From NCBI GenBank assembly GCA_002104905.1, contig MCFE01000659.1:1-49080 (forward strand): DNA of 49,080 nt, written 5' to 3'. Both the position numbers and the translations under genes were made by a program. Below, piece after piece: positions 10,312-22,022 of this stretch. Origin of the DNA: Basidiobolus meristosporus CBS 931.73. Taxonomy: Eukaryota; Fungi; Basidiobolomycota. Every line of letters starts with the position of its first letter. Position 1 is the first letter of the stretch. The notes under the pieces are model-generated. The model did not search any database, was not told where the DNA came from, and saw only the letters and a list, made by a program, of their open reading frames with translations.

Positions 10312-12793
10312 ATAGTTGTATGGTTTTTGCAAGTTGATTCAGCTAAAATAAAGTATTTATACATTAAGTGGAGCATTGTAAAGCTAATGACAATCATAAC
10401 TAAAGAAAGGCCCCAGTAAGTGGTATTCAAGGCTTGGGCATAACAATGAGCCAAGCAGAGTTTTAAGGTACATGAATAATTCAAATATATATTTTCAACA
10501 AATTGAGGATGTTTGACTTTAAATTCCCTTCAAGTATATGAATGTTCAGGAGCAATGCCATTTGTGTGGAACATTGGGTACAATCCTCACCATCAAAAGC
10601 ATCTGTGCTATTGATTATCCCATGATCACCAAACATTACTGATAACAACAACCTGCCCATTGAGATTCGGCTTTAACCTGCATCATCACTAGTAACTGAC
10701 AATAGAGATTAAGGCGTATAAGCAATTAGTGCATCACACCCTATCTTCCAAACAAATAACAGCTTATAGCCAGAAACGGATGGTTCTCGAGCATGTGAAT
10801 GCACAGCCTTGAGTTTGGTAGAACCAGAAGCTTTTGGTCTAGATTTTTAGGAAGACTTGTACCAGCGTACTTCATAATTCCCATCCAATTGACCAGCCTT
10901 TTCACGAACAGTAACTATCCCAGGCAAGGGTAGTATACAAGGCTGGACTGGAAATAAATCCATGGGCAACATTGCCAAGCGCAGTTTCAAACAAATGATT
11001 TATGATAAATGGCTTCTGTCCTGCCACTATGAACTGCGGGCATATGCATTATCAATTATTGGTACACACTAATCGCATTACGATCTAAATCATCTGAGAC
11101 CATGATTGCACCTTTGGGTATGGCCAAATTACGCAACACCTTTGCTCACAGGAGAGTAGGAAATTATTTTCCTCGGCAGACCTTACTCTAGTTTCGGATT
11201 TTGACAGCAACCACGATAATACCAGTTGGGGTGGATAGGGTTGTAGATACTCCTATATGATGGGAGGGGTCGATCCCCCGGCTTAGAAAGCCTGCTCCAG
11301 AACTCGCAAAGTTTTATTTAGTATCAAGAGCTACACTACATAAATCTGCCAGTTAAATTCAGCAGCTACAGTAGCTAACCAGGGCTTGCATTCCATCGTT
11401 GTTGGCCATCACCAAAAGGGGAAATCTCTAGAATCAGCTCGCTACAACACCAATTGGTTTGTGTATTGGAGTTATAGATGAGTGGAATCAGTACTACGTG
11501 CTGGGTGATGCTTGTCTGACTGGCTTGACAAGATTAGGCGCATGGCTATAGGCTGCGAAAACATTTATTCAGGCTCCAAAAAAGTCATCCAGGCCACATC
11601 CACGCGCCTGAGTCTGCCTCAACCATATATATTGAGAAAATTTTCAATGTTTGCGTCGTCGAGTTACCTGTGATCCAAAATAATCAGCTCCACCAAGACC
11701 ATTCTATTTCAGAACTGCCGGCTTCCACGGAATTCTCCCTATCTTACACTGCAGATACACCCAATCCTATAGTGATTAAAGTTATATACCACCTGACAGC
11801 TGTCAATAATAATCTTGTGTAATATGCTCAGCATACTTCTGATTGAATCAGGCAAAATGAGCAACGGCTGGAAAGTATTTGTGGAGAGGTGTGAGAGATA
11901 TGTAAAACCATGTATGTTCTTGGCCAACTTTCCCATGATGAGGATAGTTGGCTGTTCATTCCATGGCAGAGGGATCAGAGCTAAGATACCTCATTGATCC
12001 CATATTAGGGTGTGACCTAGTATGGACATCAACCAGATTCCGGCTAGATTCGAGTGTACAAACATCCTTCCTATAATTGGTAACCACATCAACCTAAGGC
12101 GAACGCGTTACAAGGACCTGCAAATGTCGAGTCCTCCCCGTCAAAATTAATATAGCTGGGGTAAGTTGCTTTGGAAGCCACGCCGGTGCGTCGATGCCTT
12201 ACTGAATCACATACTCTGCCCAAATGGGTGAGGTTTCAATTGTCAGAAGCCTTGCTTGAATTCGAGTAAATGTTTGGGGCTACGATCTTTAAACAGTGTA
12301 ATTTATTCCCTTTAACAGGGTGGGATTCTTTTTTTTCATGGGCTTCTCTGAAACATTCAATTAGGAAAATCTCTTAATTGGACTGCAAACCCTGGGTATT
12401 GCCAGCACAGTATAACAGCCAATGATCTTGTTGGCCATCCAACTCCTCCAAATTCTGGTGCAAATACCAAATAAATCCAGCATGACGAATAAAGTGCTGT
12501 GTTCTTACATATACTGCACTCATATTTCCTCACCCGTTTAATTTGGTGTGGCGTGGTGAAGACATGTATTCATCATTTGGAAAGGGTGACATGGAAAAAA
12601 GGTTTCAGACAGATCTACGCGCAACTTGTCCAATCGATGGTTCCCAGCTTGGCTATTTTCGTCGCTATATAAGCACCGTCAATCGTACCGTACTCGACTT
12701 GCTTGGTACTATACAATTGCATTTGCTCTGCATTTTGTTGCTTGGATCGATCGATTGATTCTTCACAGCCCTGAACAGAATATCTCGGTTCCT

Positions 12794-14609
12794 ATGTTTC
12801 GTTCCAAACTAAACCACGTCTTTCATTCTCGCGGAATGGCCTATCGTCAGATCGGCTCGTCTGCTCGACCAAGCTTTCGCGTCGCATCCAGCGTTCTTCT
12901 TCAGAAACGCCACCGTTTTGTTCAATCGGATGCAGTCGCAACCGAAATCCAAAATAAACCCAGCGATTCAGAGGAGACTAAGCATGCTGTGGTCTCCACG
13001 TTTGATATGTTCTCTATAGGCGTTGGCCCTTCTTCTAGGTTGGTTGCATTTGCTATACCATACTTGATGTACATCCTGTGATCACATTCTCACCTGCTCT
13101 CACTATAGCCATACAGTCGGACCTATGCGTGCAGGCAAAATGTTTGTTAGCGATCTGGCCAGCAAAGGAATCCTGGACAAGGCAAAAACGTTGCGCATTG
13201 ACTTGTATGGTTCTCTCGCTCTCACTGGTGTGGGCCATGCTACTCCAGAGGCAACTTTGATGGGAATCGAAGGTGAATCGCCCGAGACAGTTGAAACTTC
13301 TACGATTAAATCGCGAGTAAAAGCAATGGAAGATACGGAAACGATCAGCCTCAATGGAACTAACAAAATCAAGTTCAAGCCGAGTGAGGATTTGAAGTTT
13401 CATTACTTTGAGAACTTGCCTCAACATCCGAATGGGATGAGATGCTCCGTATTCGATGAGAATGGCGATATGCTAGCTACAAATGAATACTTCTCTATTG
13501 GTGGCGGCTTCATTGTCAAAGACGAAACGCATATTGCTGGTGGTGCGAACGTCTACTTTAAGGGGGAAACTCCCGACGCTCTGCCTCTATTTGATAAAGA
13601 GCGTAAAGAGCAAGATTCCGTGATTGCTGCTTTACCATTCAAAAATGCCCATGATTTAGTAGAAGTGTGTGAGCGCCAAAATATGACTATTGCCCAGGTG
13701 GTTTATGAAAACGAGCTGCAGTGGCGTTCGGCGGATGAAATTCGAGAGAAAATATTCAGAATATGGAACACCATGGATCTGTCCATCAAGAATGGGTGTC
13801 TATCCACCGAGGAGTTTCTACCAGGTCGACTTAAGGCTCACAGAAGAGCTCCTATATTGTACAGGAAATTACTTCGAGGCTTATTTTCCCCGAACATGGT
13901 TGGGAAATCTAGCATAACCCCTGCTACTCCTAACCCCACCCCTTCCGCCGAGTCCCTTCAAAACTACTCCGTAAGCAAATCCATTCTACCCAAGCGCAAC
14001 GTCAAGCGCCTGTCGCTCCCAGCATTGGATTATCTTTCTGTTTACGCCATCGCTGTAAACGAAGAGAATGCAGCTGGAGGTCGTGTGGTTACCGCCCCAA
14101 CCAATGGAGCATCTGGTGTTATACCTGCAGTGCTCAAGTATTATCTGGAATTCTTATCGGAGGATGTAGAGACTGATGTAATGGAGTTCTTATTTACTTC
14201 TGCTGCCATCGGTATGCTTTACAAACGTGGCGCCAGTATCAGTGCTGCCGAAGTCGGTTGTCAAGGCGAAGTTGGTGTCGCTTGTAGTATGAGTGCCGCT
14301 GGATTCGCTGCTGTCATGGGTGGTTCACCGCAACAGGTTGAAAATGCCGCAGAAATTGGCATGGAGCATAACCTTGGTTTGACCTGTGACCCGATAGATG
14401 GACTTGTGCAAATTCCTTGCATCGAGAGAAACGCTCTTGGTGCAGTAAAGGCTGTGACTGCTGCTCAGTTGGCCTTGAATGGTGATGGTTTACATAGAGT
14501 CACCCTCGACCAGGTTATTGAGTCCATGAGACAAACCGGGTTGGATATGCAATCCAAATACAAGGAGACATCTCAGGGTGGACTTGCCGTGAATGTTCCT
14601 GTTTGTTAA
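12794..14609 (+). CDS. sdaA: Iron-sulfur-dependent L-serine dehydratase (bacterial SdaA/SdaB-type, single chain) with a probable mitochondrial presequence, 581 aa
   Basis: Exons 12794-13038 and 13109-14609 (intron GTTGGT..TAG). Hallmark [18 protein letters not shown] spans the intron. Also [42 protein letters not shown], and the cluster cysteines in GCQGEVG, LGLTCDP and IPCIERN. The N-terminal ~42 aa are Arg/Ser-rich with no acidic residue. Confidence 0.95.
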
Positions 14610-15232
14610 TTTCCACTCTTCCGAAACCTATCGAGTCTGAACGTATCAAACTCTAATTCTGTTAATTACACCTGTATTTTCTACTGTATCTGCCTTTAAT
14701 ATATAATTCTACTTACGTCATAAGCAAGATTGTCGGCTCCCCTTCCATCTCCGATTAAAAATAAACCTTGTTTCTATGGCCAACGAGATTCGTTCAACTA
14801 ATCTCTCGAGTCGATCAGTGTCTGAATGGTCGGACATGAACCGAATAATCTCCTTTTCCGTGTTTCTTCTGTTAGAGGTTTGGTAGTCGATCCCGGGAAT
14901 ATATGACCAATGTAAACCACAACAATTAATGGTCCGAGCTATCGGAATATCATCATGCGACGAACATCTCTCCGGGGGTGAACAGTTCAAATGCTTAAAA
15001 TGCCTCGCCTTCTGGATATATATATCATACACACGGGAAAGGTTTCTTTAGATCCAAGTAAAAACGTCTTGCCAATATTCAAGGAGGTAACTCGGTGGAA
15101 ACAGCAAGCCCGCAGTTACTTTATTCCCAGGATTCTGTAGCAAACCCCATATTGCTGGCAAAAGCTCTATTTTATCTCTGAAGAGATATCCAAATTCCAT
15201 TAAATCCCGCGACTAGTCACGCACCCCAAGTC

Positions 15233-17469
15233 ATGTATTTGTCTACTTGGCCCCTCTTTCTATCTCTAGTATTCGTAGTTAACGTGGAAGGACAGTGCAC
15301 AGCAGGAGTCACCGTAAGGAAAGAGATACACCAACTAACTGATCAAGAGCGAAACAGCTTCATTGACGCAGTGGTACGTTTGAAGTCGGACGGAACCTAC
15401 AACAGACTGGTGGAAAGCCATATCAATAGTTTTCCATATGCTCATTCAACACCTGGCTTTTTCCCATGGCACCGACAGTTTTTAAAGCAGTTTGAGATGG
15501 CACTACAACAAATAGACTCAAGGCTCTCTGTCCCATATTGGGTAGGTTAGCCTCATTTTTATTTCCCGTGTAATATACTCACCTCAAATTCTTCAGGACT
15601 GGACCTTAGATTCGCAGGCCCCTGAACTAAGTAAGGTATTCCAATGGTTTGGTGGGAATGGCGCAGGTCCAAGACGGTGTGTTGAGGATGGGCCGTTTGC
15701 AAATTGGCAAATAGAAATACCTGAACGCAGCTGTCTAAGACGCACATTTAATCTGCAGTCAAAGATTGCTCCATTCTATGCACCAGAGGTTATCAACCAG
15801 ATCATATCCAATTCCGACACATATGAGGAGCTACGCGAAGCAATCGAGGGAGGCCCCCACGGCACTGTGCATATGGGAGTCAATGGAGACATGAGTCGTA
15901 TGGGTAGTACGAATGAGTAAGTAGTTTGAGGTCATATCTATCTCTCGTTTACAACGAGCCATTAACATCCCTACCTCGAAAAGCCCACTCTTCTGGCTTC
16001 ACCATTCTTTCGTGGACAAGATCTGGACAGAGTGGCAAATAGCGCACCCAGCGCAAGCTTCAGAGTATCATGGAATAAATGCTCACAACAAGGAGGAGGC
16101 AAGCGCCGATGATACACTACCGCCTTTTGGGATTCCTGTGTCCGCTATACTGGATCATCGCAAACTATGCTACGAATATTCAAGCTCGCCAAGCAGGGAA
16201 TTCTCACATCCACTTACCCCAAACTCACAACCACAACGTAGGGGTTTGTATCATGCAAGCGCTGCAACGCTGAGATCAAAAGTCCGTCGGTGTAACAAGA
16301 ACAAGCTTCCAAAGTGGTACCGAATGCTAGATGCACCCAAACCTGACGACCGTATAAATCAAACCAAGCTCCGAGTACCGCTGCCTCTTCCTCGAGGTTA
16401 CCTTGAAATGATGGGATTGAATGTCCGGAAAGTCAGGAAACAGGAACGAAAGCTAGCGAAGTTCCTGGAGAAGTTGAACAAGGAAGATTACATCTCCCCG
16501 GTTTCTTTAGCGAAGCAAAACTGTACACTGGCCAAACTTGCACCAAATAATGATTCCCCAATGATCTTTTCCACAGTGGAACCAACATTTCCTCTTTCAG
16601 AATTTATTGACGAAATAGAGCGCGCACACCCAGCCCTAGATCCCAGCGTTGAGGAGTTTCTTCATAAAATCAACGAAGATGCACTGGATTCCGAGCCGAG
16701 GGACAAAGTACCAGCACATGACACGCGATTGACAAGCTTCGAGTCAACTCATGATACTTCCGGCACATCGGGAAATCCTAGCGGATATCATCTGAGTGAG
16801 AACGGCGAGGCGTCTTACTCCCATGAGAAGCCAAAACTAGGCCAATTCGGAGAAAAATCCAGTCACTCCAAATCAACCAGGCCTCATATGCCAGAGAGGA
16901 AAGAGAGCTCCCCAGATCCTTCGTTGATCAGATCTGCGGAAGTAGCCTCAGCCCCACAAACTCATTCCAACTCTAATAGCCTGAACTATCTCGTATCCTC
17001 AACAACCTCCGGCAATGCTGAGATAACCCAACCACTTCAAGGCCTGCCGATTTCTGAGGTGATCTCGGAGACACCACCAATTCTGACCGAGGAACAATCA
17101 AAGAGCCGGTCCTTGAACGAAGGATTCACAACCAAAGAACAAGAGAATCTGGGCGCGTTAAGTGGAAATACCCCAACACCTAAAAAGGTGGGAAGCGTGG
17201 AAGGGAAGCTGCCAAAAGACCCCCAATCAGTGAGCCCGGATGTGGCTTCAGACATCTCCCCAGATCTGATCAGCTTTCCCTTGATGAACAACCTCCAAGC
17301 AGACGGGAAACCATCAACCAGCGAAGATAAGCTCGCAGAAGCACCTGCTCCATCAGTGGTTGAGAAACCAATGGAGCAATATATCATCGATGACCCTATC
17401 GGAACCAGTGGAGAGGGTTTTAAAGTGCCAACCCTGAAAGATTCTATCCTGCCCAACGAGAATATTTAG
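15233..17469 (+). CDS. Secreted tyrosinase (type-3 copper) with a long low-complexity C-terminal extension, 704 aa
   Basis: Exons 15233-15541, 15597-15916, 15984-17469. Hydrophobic signal peptide, VRKEIHQLT, CuA (H..AH..FFPWHR), PYW/DW across intron 1, CuB (PHGTVH..MS..STND/PLFWLHH). Confidence 0.93.
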
Positions 17470-18944
17470 CTATAGATCAGTGTGTATCATCACTGAGAGG
17501 TAGCCAGTTTGGTTGACCTATTGTTGCAAATAAAGTATGGGATGATTTGCCATGATGTCATCTTAATTGGGGAAAAGTCTCGAATTTCGCGAGAGGTTTG
17601 GTGGACTAGGCTGAGCATTGATGAATCTTCCACAGTACTAAGCACGTAGATCACGTAAAGGCAAGATACCTGGGAATAGGAGCTGTGTATCATTCGGTCA
17701 TGGTAGTTGTACATGTCATGATAGCCATTCGATCATTTGCACTTCTGCTCTTGAGTGGAGTGCGGCCTATCAACAATTCTTGGAACCACGGATATGAATC
17801 AATAAATTAATGTATCACGAACGTCATGTGGCACGTGGGTTAGTCTTTCCCACCTTTGAGCTGAGTTGAAATACCTTGGAGTCTAGAGTCAACACCAATT
17901 ATCTGAAACGACTCGTAGCTCGTACTCGGAAAAGCCGAACTTCAACCTTTATATCGGCGGCGATCGGATAATCTATAGAACTAATGTTCTCGCGATGTAG
18001 GCGGAGTTGAGTAACCATATGGCACTTCGATTGTTGCATTGTATCAGCCTACCTAAAAATGGGTTGAACAATAACTTTATCCTTCTGGCGAGTTGTCCTT
18101 GAATCAGATGCTTGGACTTCATGCGATATTCGTCGTTGCTAAAAGTCACAAGATTGACCTCCCAATTTGGTTGTAATTACCTAACATTGAGGTTTGCTCA
18201 TTATGCTAGACGTACGTTGAGAACAGCTGATGACCTACCCATGATATCATGGTCAACGCCAGGTACCACCAATCCAAGTATGCTGGGGATGATGGTTGAG
18301 TTCCAGGAGCCCTTTATTCATCACGGTACAGTCAGCATTAGATGATCGCTAGAAAGGTGATATCGGCGGAGCTTATGTGGTGGAGTGTATTGCTTCATGG
18401 CCTATTCACTCTTGGAACGAGCATGGGCACACTGATACATGCTGATCGGCTGATATTGATTTCAGAGTGGGCTAGCTTTATGTTCGTTTTTGTGAATTAC
18501 TGTTCGTTGAGGAATACATGGTTCAAACTTAGCCACAAACATTATTGAGCACCCATGATTGGTCAGCACTTAATTAACACTACCATATTTGTTCGCTATA
18601 AAGGTATTCATTAGCAGCAGGAAATCAGATCACCTCAGCAGAATGTAATTCAGGTGAGACAGTCATGAATTCTTCATACTATTCTATATTCTATCGGCAT
18701 ACTGTTCAGACACAAGATGAGTGAGCTGACTGACATCTCAGAAATGTGCAGTCAACCTTGTCCGGTAATTTTTTTGTCGATTATTTCGCGGTACCATAAA
18801 AATCAACTTTAAGCGGAAATCGGCTCTTCTGGTGTCCAGTTTCAACCTGACCAAGTTAACTTCTCCACTACCGCTACCTCTCCCACTCTTCGGTTATTTG
18901 CTTTACACACCCGAGTTTACTATAATAGAAAGTACCTCAGAATT

Positions 18945-21532
18945 ATGCTGACCTCGGTAACGCTCGACTTTGGAATTCCTGCAGCAATCTTCCAAACTAA
19001 TCGTCTTTTGATGTGCGTTGACAGAATGCCGAGACCGACCCTGATAAAGTATACACCGTTTTGGAGAAACTTGGCAGCGGCTCTTTCGGAACCGTCTATA
19101 AGGGGTATGTTTTTACTGCACCTAAACACATAGCCTAGTCCTTTCTCATTTCTTTCGTTTGAAGAATTCACAATGAAACGAAGCAACTGGTAGCGATAAA
19201 GAAGATCGATTTAGAAAATGCCGAGGACGACATAAGCGACATACAGCAAGAGATAGCATTGTTGGCCCAGTGTGATTCTGAGCATATTACACGATACCAT
19301 CATTCATATGTCAAAGGCTTCAAACTCTGGATTGGTGCGTATCTGTCTCGCTTGTCTCGGATTTCACTAACGCCTTTTCGCAGTGATGGAGTATATGTCA
19401 GGCGGATCTTGTTTGGATTTGGTAATGTCGTTTTCTTTAGATAATCCCATAATTAAGACTAGTAGCGGATTGCTCAACAAGAGCTTTTCAACCCATCGAA
19501 CCACACCTTGACAGCAACAGAAACTGACAATTTTCTCAGCTAAAACCTGGCTCATTCCCGGAACCAATGATTGCGGTGGTGTTACGCGAGCTGCTAATGG
19601 GTTTGGACTACTTACATTCAGAAGGGAAGATCCATCGAGATATCAAATGTATGGTTCATGAGGACTCGTGTGCTCTCTAGTGACCGTACTTAGCAGCCAA
19701 CCTTTTTCCACAGGTGCAAATGTATTACTCTCGGCACTTGGAAATGTAAAGATAGGTATGCGAATCCACTTCCTCTCCTGCCGATCGCTTTGTATTAACG
19801 TCTTCAAACTAGCTGACTTCGGTGTTGCCGCACAATTAGCCCACCAAAAGAGCAAACGGAGAACATTCGTGGGAACGCCGGTAAGCCTACTCATCCATTC
19901 ATTTTGATGATCATGTCTTCCGAATTTCAACTCACATGCATACTACACGAAGTTTTGGATGGCACCTGAAGTCATTCAACAAACCGGATATGATGCCAAG
20001 GTATTTGAGAGATCATTTAACAAGATGGCATTGATGTACACGAATGTTAAGCCCCCTTTCCCTAGGCGGATATATGGTCACTTGGAATTACTGCCATAGA
20101 AATGGCCAAGGGACAGCCACCTTTTGCTGAGCATCATCCTATGCGCGTTCTCTTCATGATTCCAAAGAACAAACCACCGGTATTGGAGGGGAACTTCTCC
20201 GATGCCTTCAAAGACTTTGTTGCCCAATGCCTTACGAAGAATCCGAACGAAGTTTGTTTGAAATCACTATAGATTCAGCTAGCTCAATCGGTTTATTTAC
20301 CCGGTAATTGGTAGAGGCCTTTGGCTAAGGAATTGCTCAAGCATCCATTTATCTCAAATGCACGGAAAGGAGTCGCATGTCTTCAAGAGCTAATAGAGCA
20401 GTATGAGCAATGGAAGATCATTGAGAATGAGGACGATTCCTTTGCAGAAAGTTGGCGCACACCGTAAGAGCGCTTGTGCGATATTTTCCAAAATGGCAGT
20501 GCGATAAACAGTACTTCAGAACTATAGGAACAGAAGAGAATTATTACATGTCGTGGGACTTTGACACCATCAAAATGACTCACAAAACTGTCAAGGAAAT
20601 AAGCCCTGGCACAAGAGTAAACATCATCCCATCTGCTTAAGGGTATTCAACTACTAACGACGCCATTTGGGAACTATAGACCTCTGTGATTTCCGAAGCT
20701 ACTATTTCTTTAGCGGAAATTGAGAAGTTTTACGATGGTGGTAATGAAGTTGAAGATTGGTAAGTTGTATCTCATAAGATCAATATGTATTTATGCATCT
20801 TTCATCTTTACTCCTGTGTTTAAGGTCGGAGACGGTCAGACCTGCGAATTTCCATATACTAAGCGAGGAAAAAAACGAGAGTAAATACATTGGTGAGCTG
20901 GAAGAAACGGGGCGAAATCTTACCAATTATGTTGTTCTCCCTACTGTTGTCAAGGTACACTTCATTTCTACACCCTGTCGTTTAGACACTTCTCTGATTC
21001 ATGGCTCTGCAGGTAAAGGACCGAAACCCTGATGCAATGAATCCCCTGAATATGATCGCCATGGGTTTCGAGCAATTGAAGCAAACAAGGCCGGAGGTGG
21101 TTGAAGAGCTCATCACGGAATTGTGGGAGAATTTGAAAAGGTTGTGCTTAACTGGGCTTAAACTGCTGCCATTCCTAGAGATAATACTAACTCTGCAGTT
21201 TATCTCATGACAGAAATCCTGAGCTTTACTCCAACGTAAATAAAACTGGTACTTGGAAGTACGGAAGCCAGAGAAGTCGCCGCCAGGAACTACCTAGTTT
21301 TGATACCGCAGACATAGACACCCAACGAACTGCACATACTGCGGTCACAGACACATCTATGTCTTCAGTGATAATCAAGGAGGATGAGCCGATGATTTCA
21401 GCAACTTCAAATTTACCAACACCACTGTTGCCTGCCAAAAGCGATGTCACGGTGGCACCTGAACTAGTCAGCTCAAGAAGTACTTTCCTAGATTTCCTGA
21501 GTAGTGCGCTACGGTTCAAATGGGGAAGTTGA
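18945..21532 (+). CDS. STE20-like Ser/Thr kinase, GCK-III group (Sid1/MST3-4-like), 15 exons, 551 aa
   Basis: Exons 18945-18956, 19025-19104, 19165-19334, 19384-19421, 19540-19648, 19714-19755, 19813-19880, 19953-20000, 20066-20251, 20315-20463, 20520-20616, 20680-20759, 20825-20954, 21013-21140, 21214-21532 sum to 1656 nt. [39 protein letters not shown], a WDF (MO25-binding-type) motif and a C-terminal helical region. Confidence 0.93.
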
Positions 21533-21767
21533 CCGAATCTACATTGGAGAACTCTACTCTCACTATCTAGTCACTGTCGATGTGCATCATCAATCCCCTA
21601 TTTACATTTCGACAAAACAAACACAAATCAATGCAAATAAATAAATGCTGGTAATATGCATAAAGCTGCAAGATATACATACTAACATCAAGGTAGTTTA
21701 TGGGTGAGTTTAAGGGAACTCGTTATCGAGTCGTGATGTTGGAAAATGACAGCTCTAATGAGGAAAT

Positions 21768-22022
21768 TCAGAATTTTTGGCATATCATGTGTGTCTTGTT
21801 TGGGTCACTCGATAGCTGACAGAAGAAATCCAGTTTCTGGATTAAACTGAACATCTCTTTTTGCTCTAGATTTAATTGAATGCACTTAAGCTGCCCTTCC
21901 GGTGTGGTTCTACACATGGTGTTGTTGTGCGCATCCAATATATATTCGGCAGATTTGTTTGCTTCAACGAACTGGACCAAACGCTCTTCTTCACTTGGCG
22001 GTTGCTTATGTTCTTGACTCAT
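21768..22022 (-). CDS. Small 84-aa protein of unknown function with four cysteines
   Basis: ATG at 22022 with A at -3 and a single open frame MSQEHKQPPSEEERLVQFVEANKSAEYILDAHNNTMCRTTPEGQLKCIQLNLEQKEMFSLIQKLDFFCQLSSDPNKTHMICQKF*. Globular-like composition, and it lies between two real genes without overlapping either. Confidence 0.6.
   Translation of the reverse strand: MSQEHKQPPSEEERLVQFVEANKSAEYILDAHNNTMCRTTPEGQLKCIQLNLEQKEMFSLIQKLDFFCQLSSDPNKTHMICQKF

Larger units (their letters stand above)
9150..10320 (-). pseudogene. Decayed coding-like region of three degenerate tandem units, homologous to 35740-36400
   Basis: Recurrent motif GTGCAAAGTTTGGGGxxTTTGGACAACT near 10090-10120, 9620-9650 and 9410-9440. 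CCxxACAAxxAATTTGGxCAxGA near 10015-10035 and 9365-9390. Multiple stops in all frames. Confidence 0.55.

Noticed and set aside
9460-10330. Plus-strand leucine-rich-repeat-like readings (e.g. LQISTLHLNYIYSTTIP, SINLQVNNM..LPILLRIL)
   Set aside because: The sister copy at 36 kb favours the opposite strand as coding (longer continuous frame and an acidic patch). Leu-rich antisense readings are expected in AT-rich DNA.
11255-11285. GGAGG-GGTCGAT-CCCCC resembling a tRNA T-arm
   Set aside because: Mismatched stem, non-canonical loop, and no D-arm or acceptor stem can be folded.
11873-11932. KYLWRGVRDM*NHVCSWPTF resembling an integrase zinc-finger half (+ strand)
   Set aside because: Both cysteines would have to be mutated, and no flanking integrase core was found; too short to support.
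11221-12112. Possible solo LTR or PBS on the minus strand (TGTAACG start after a purine run, AATAAAA, CCAACTGGT end)
   Set aside because: No second LTR or target-site duplication in the window, and the PBS does not match a tRNA 3' end that I can verify.
14718-15032. 104-codon minus-strand ORF between the dehydratase and tyrosinase
   Set aside because: Non-ATG (GTG) start, no recognisable motif or supported splice partners, and it lies in the probable tyrosinase promoter.
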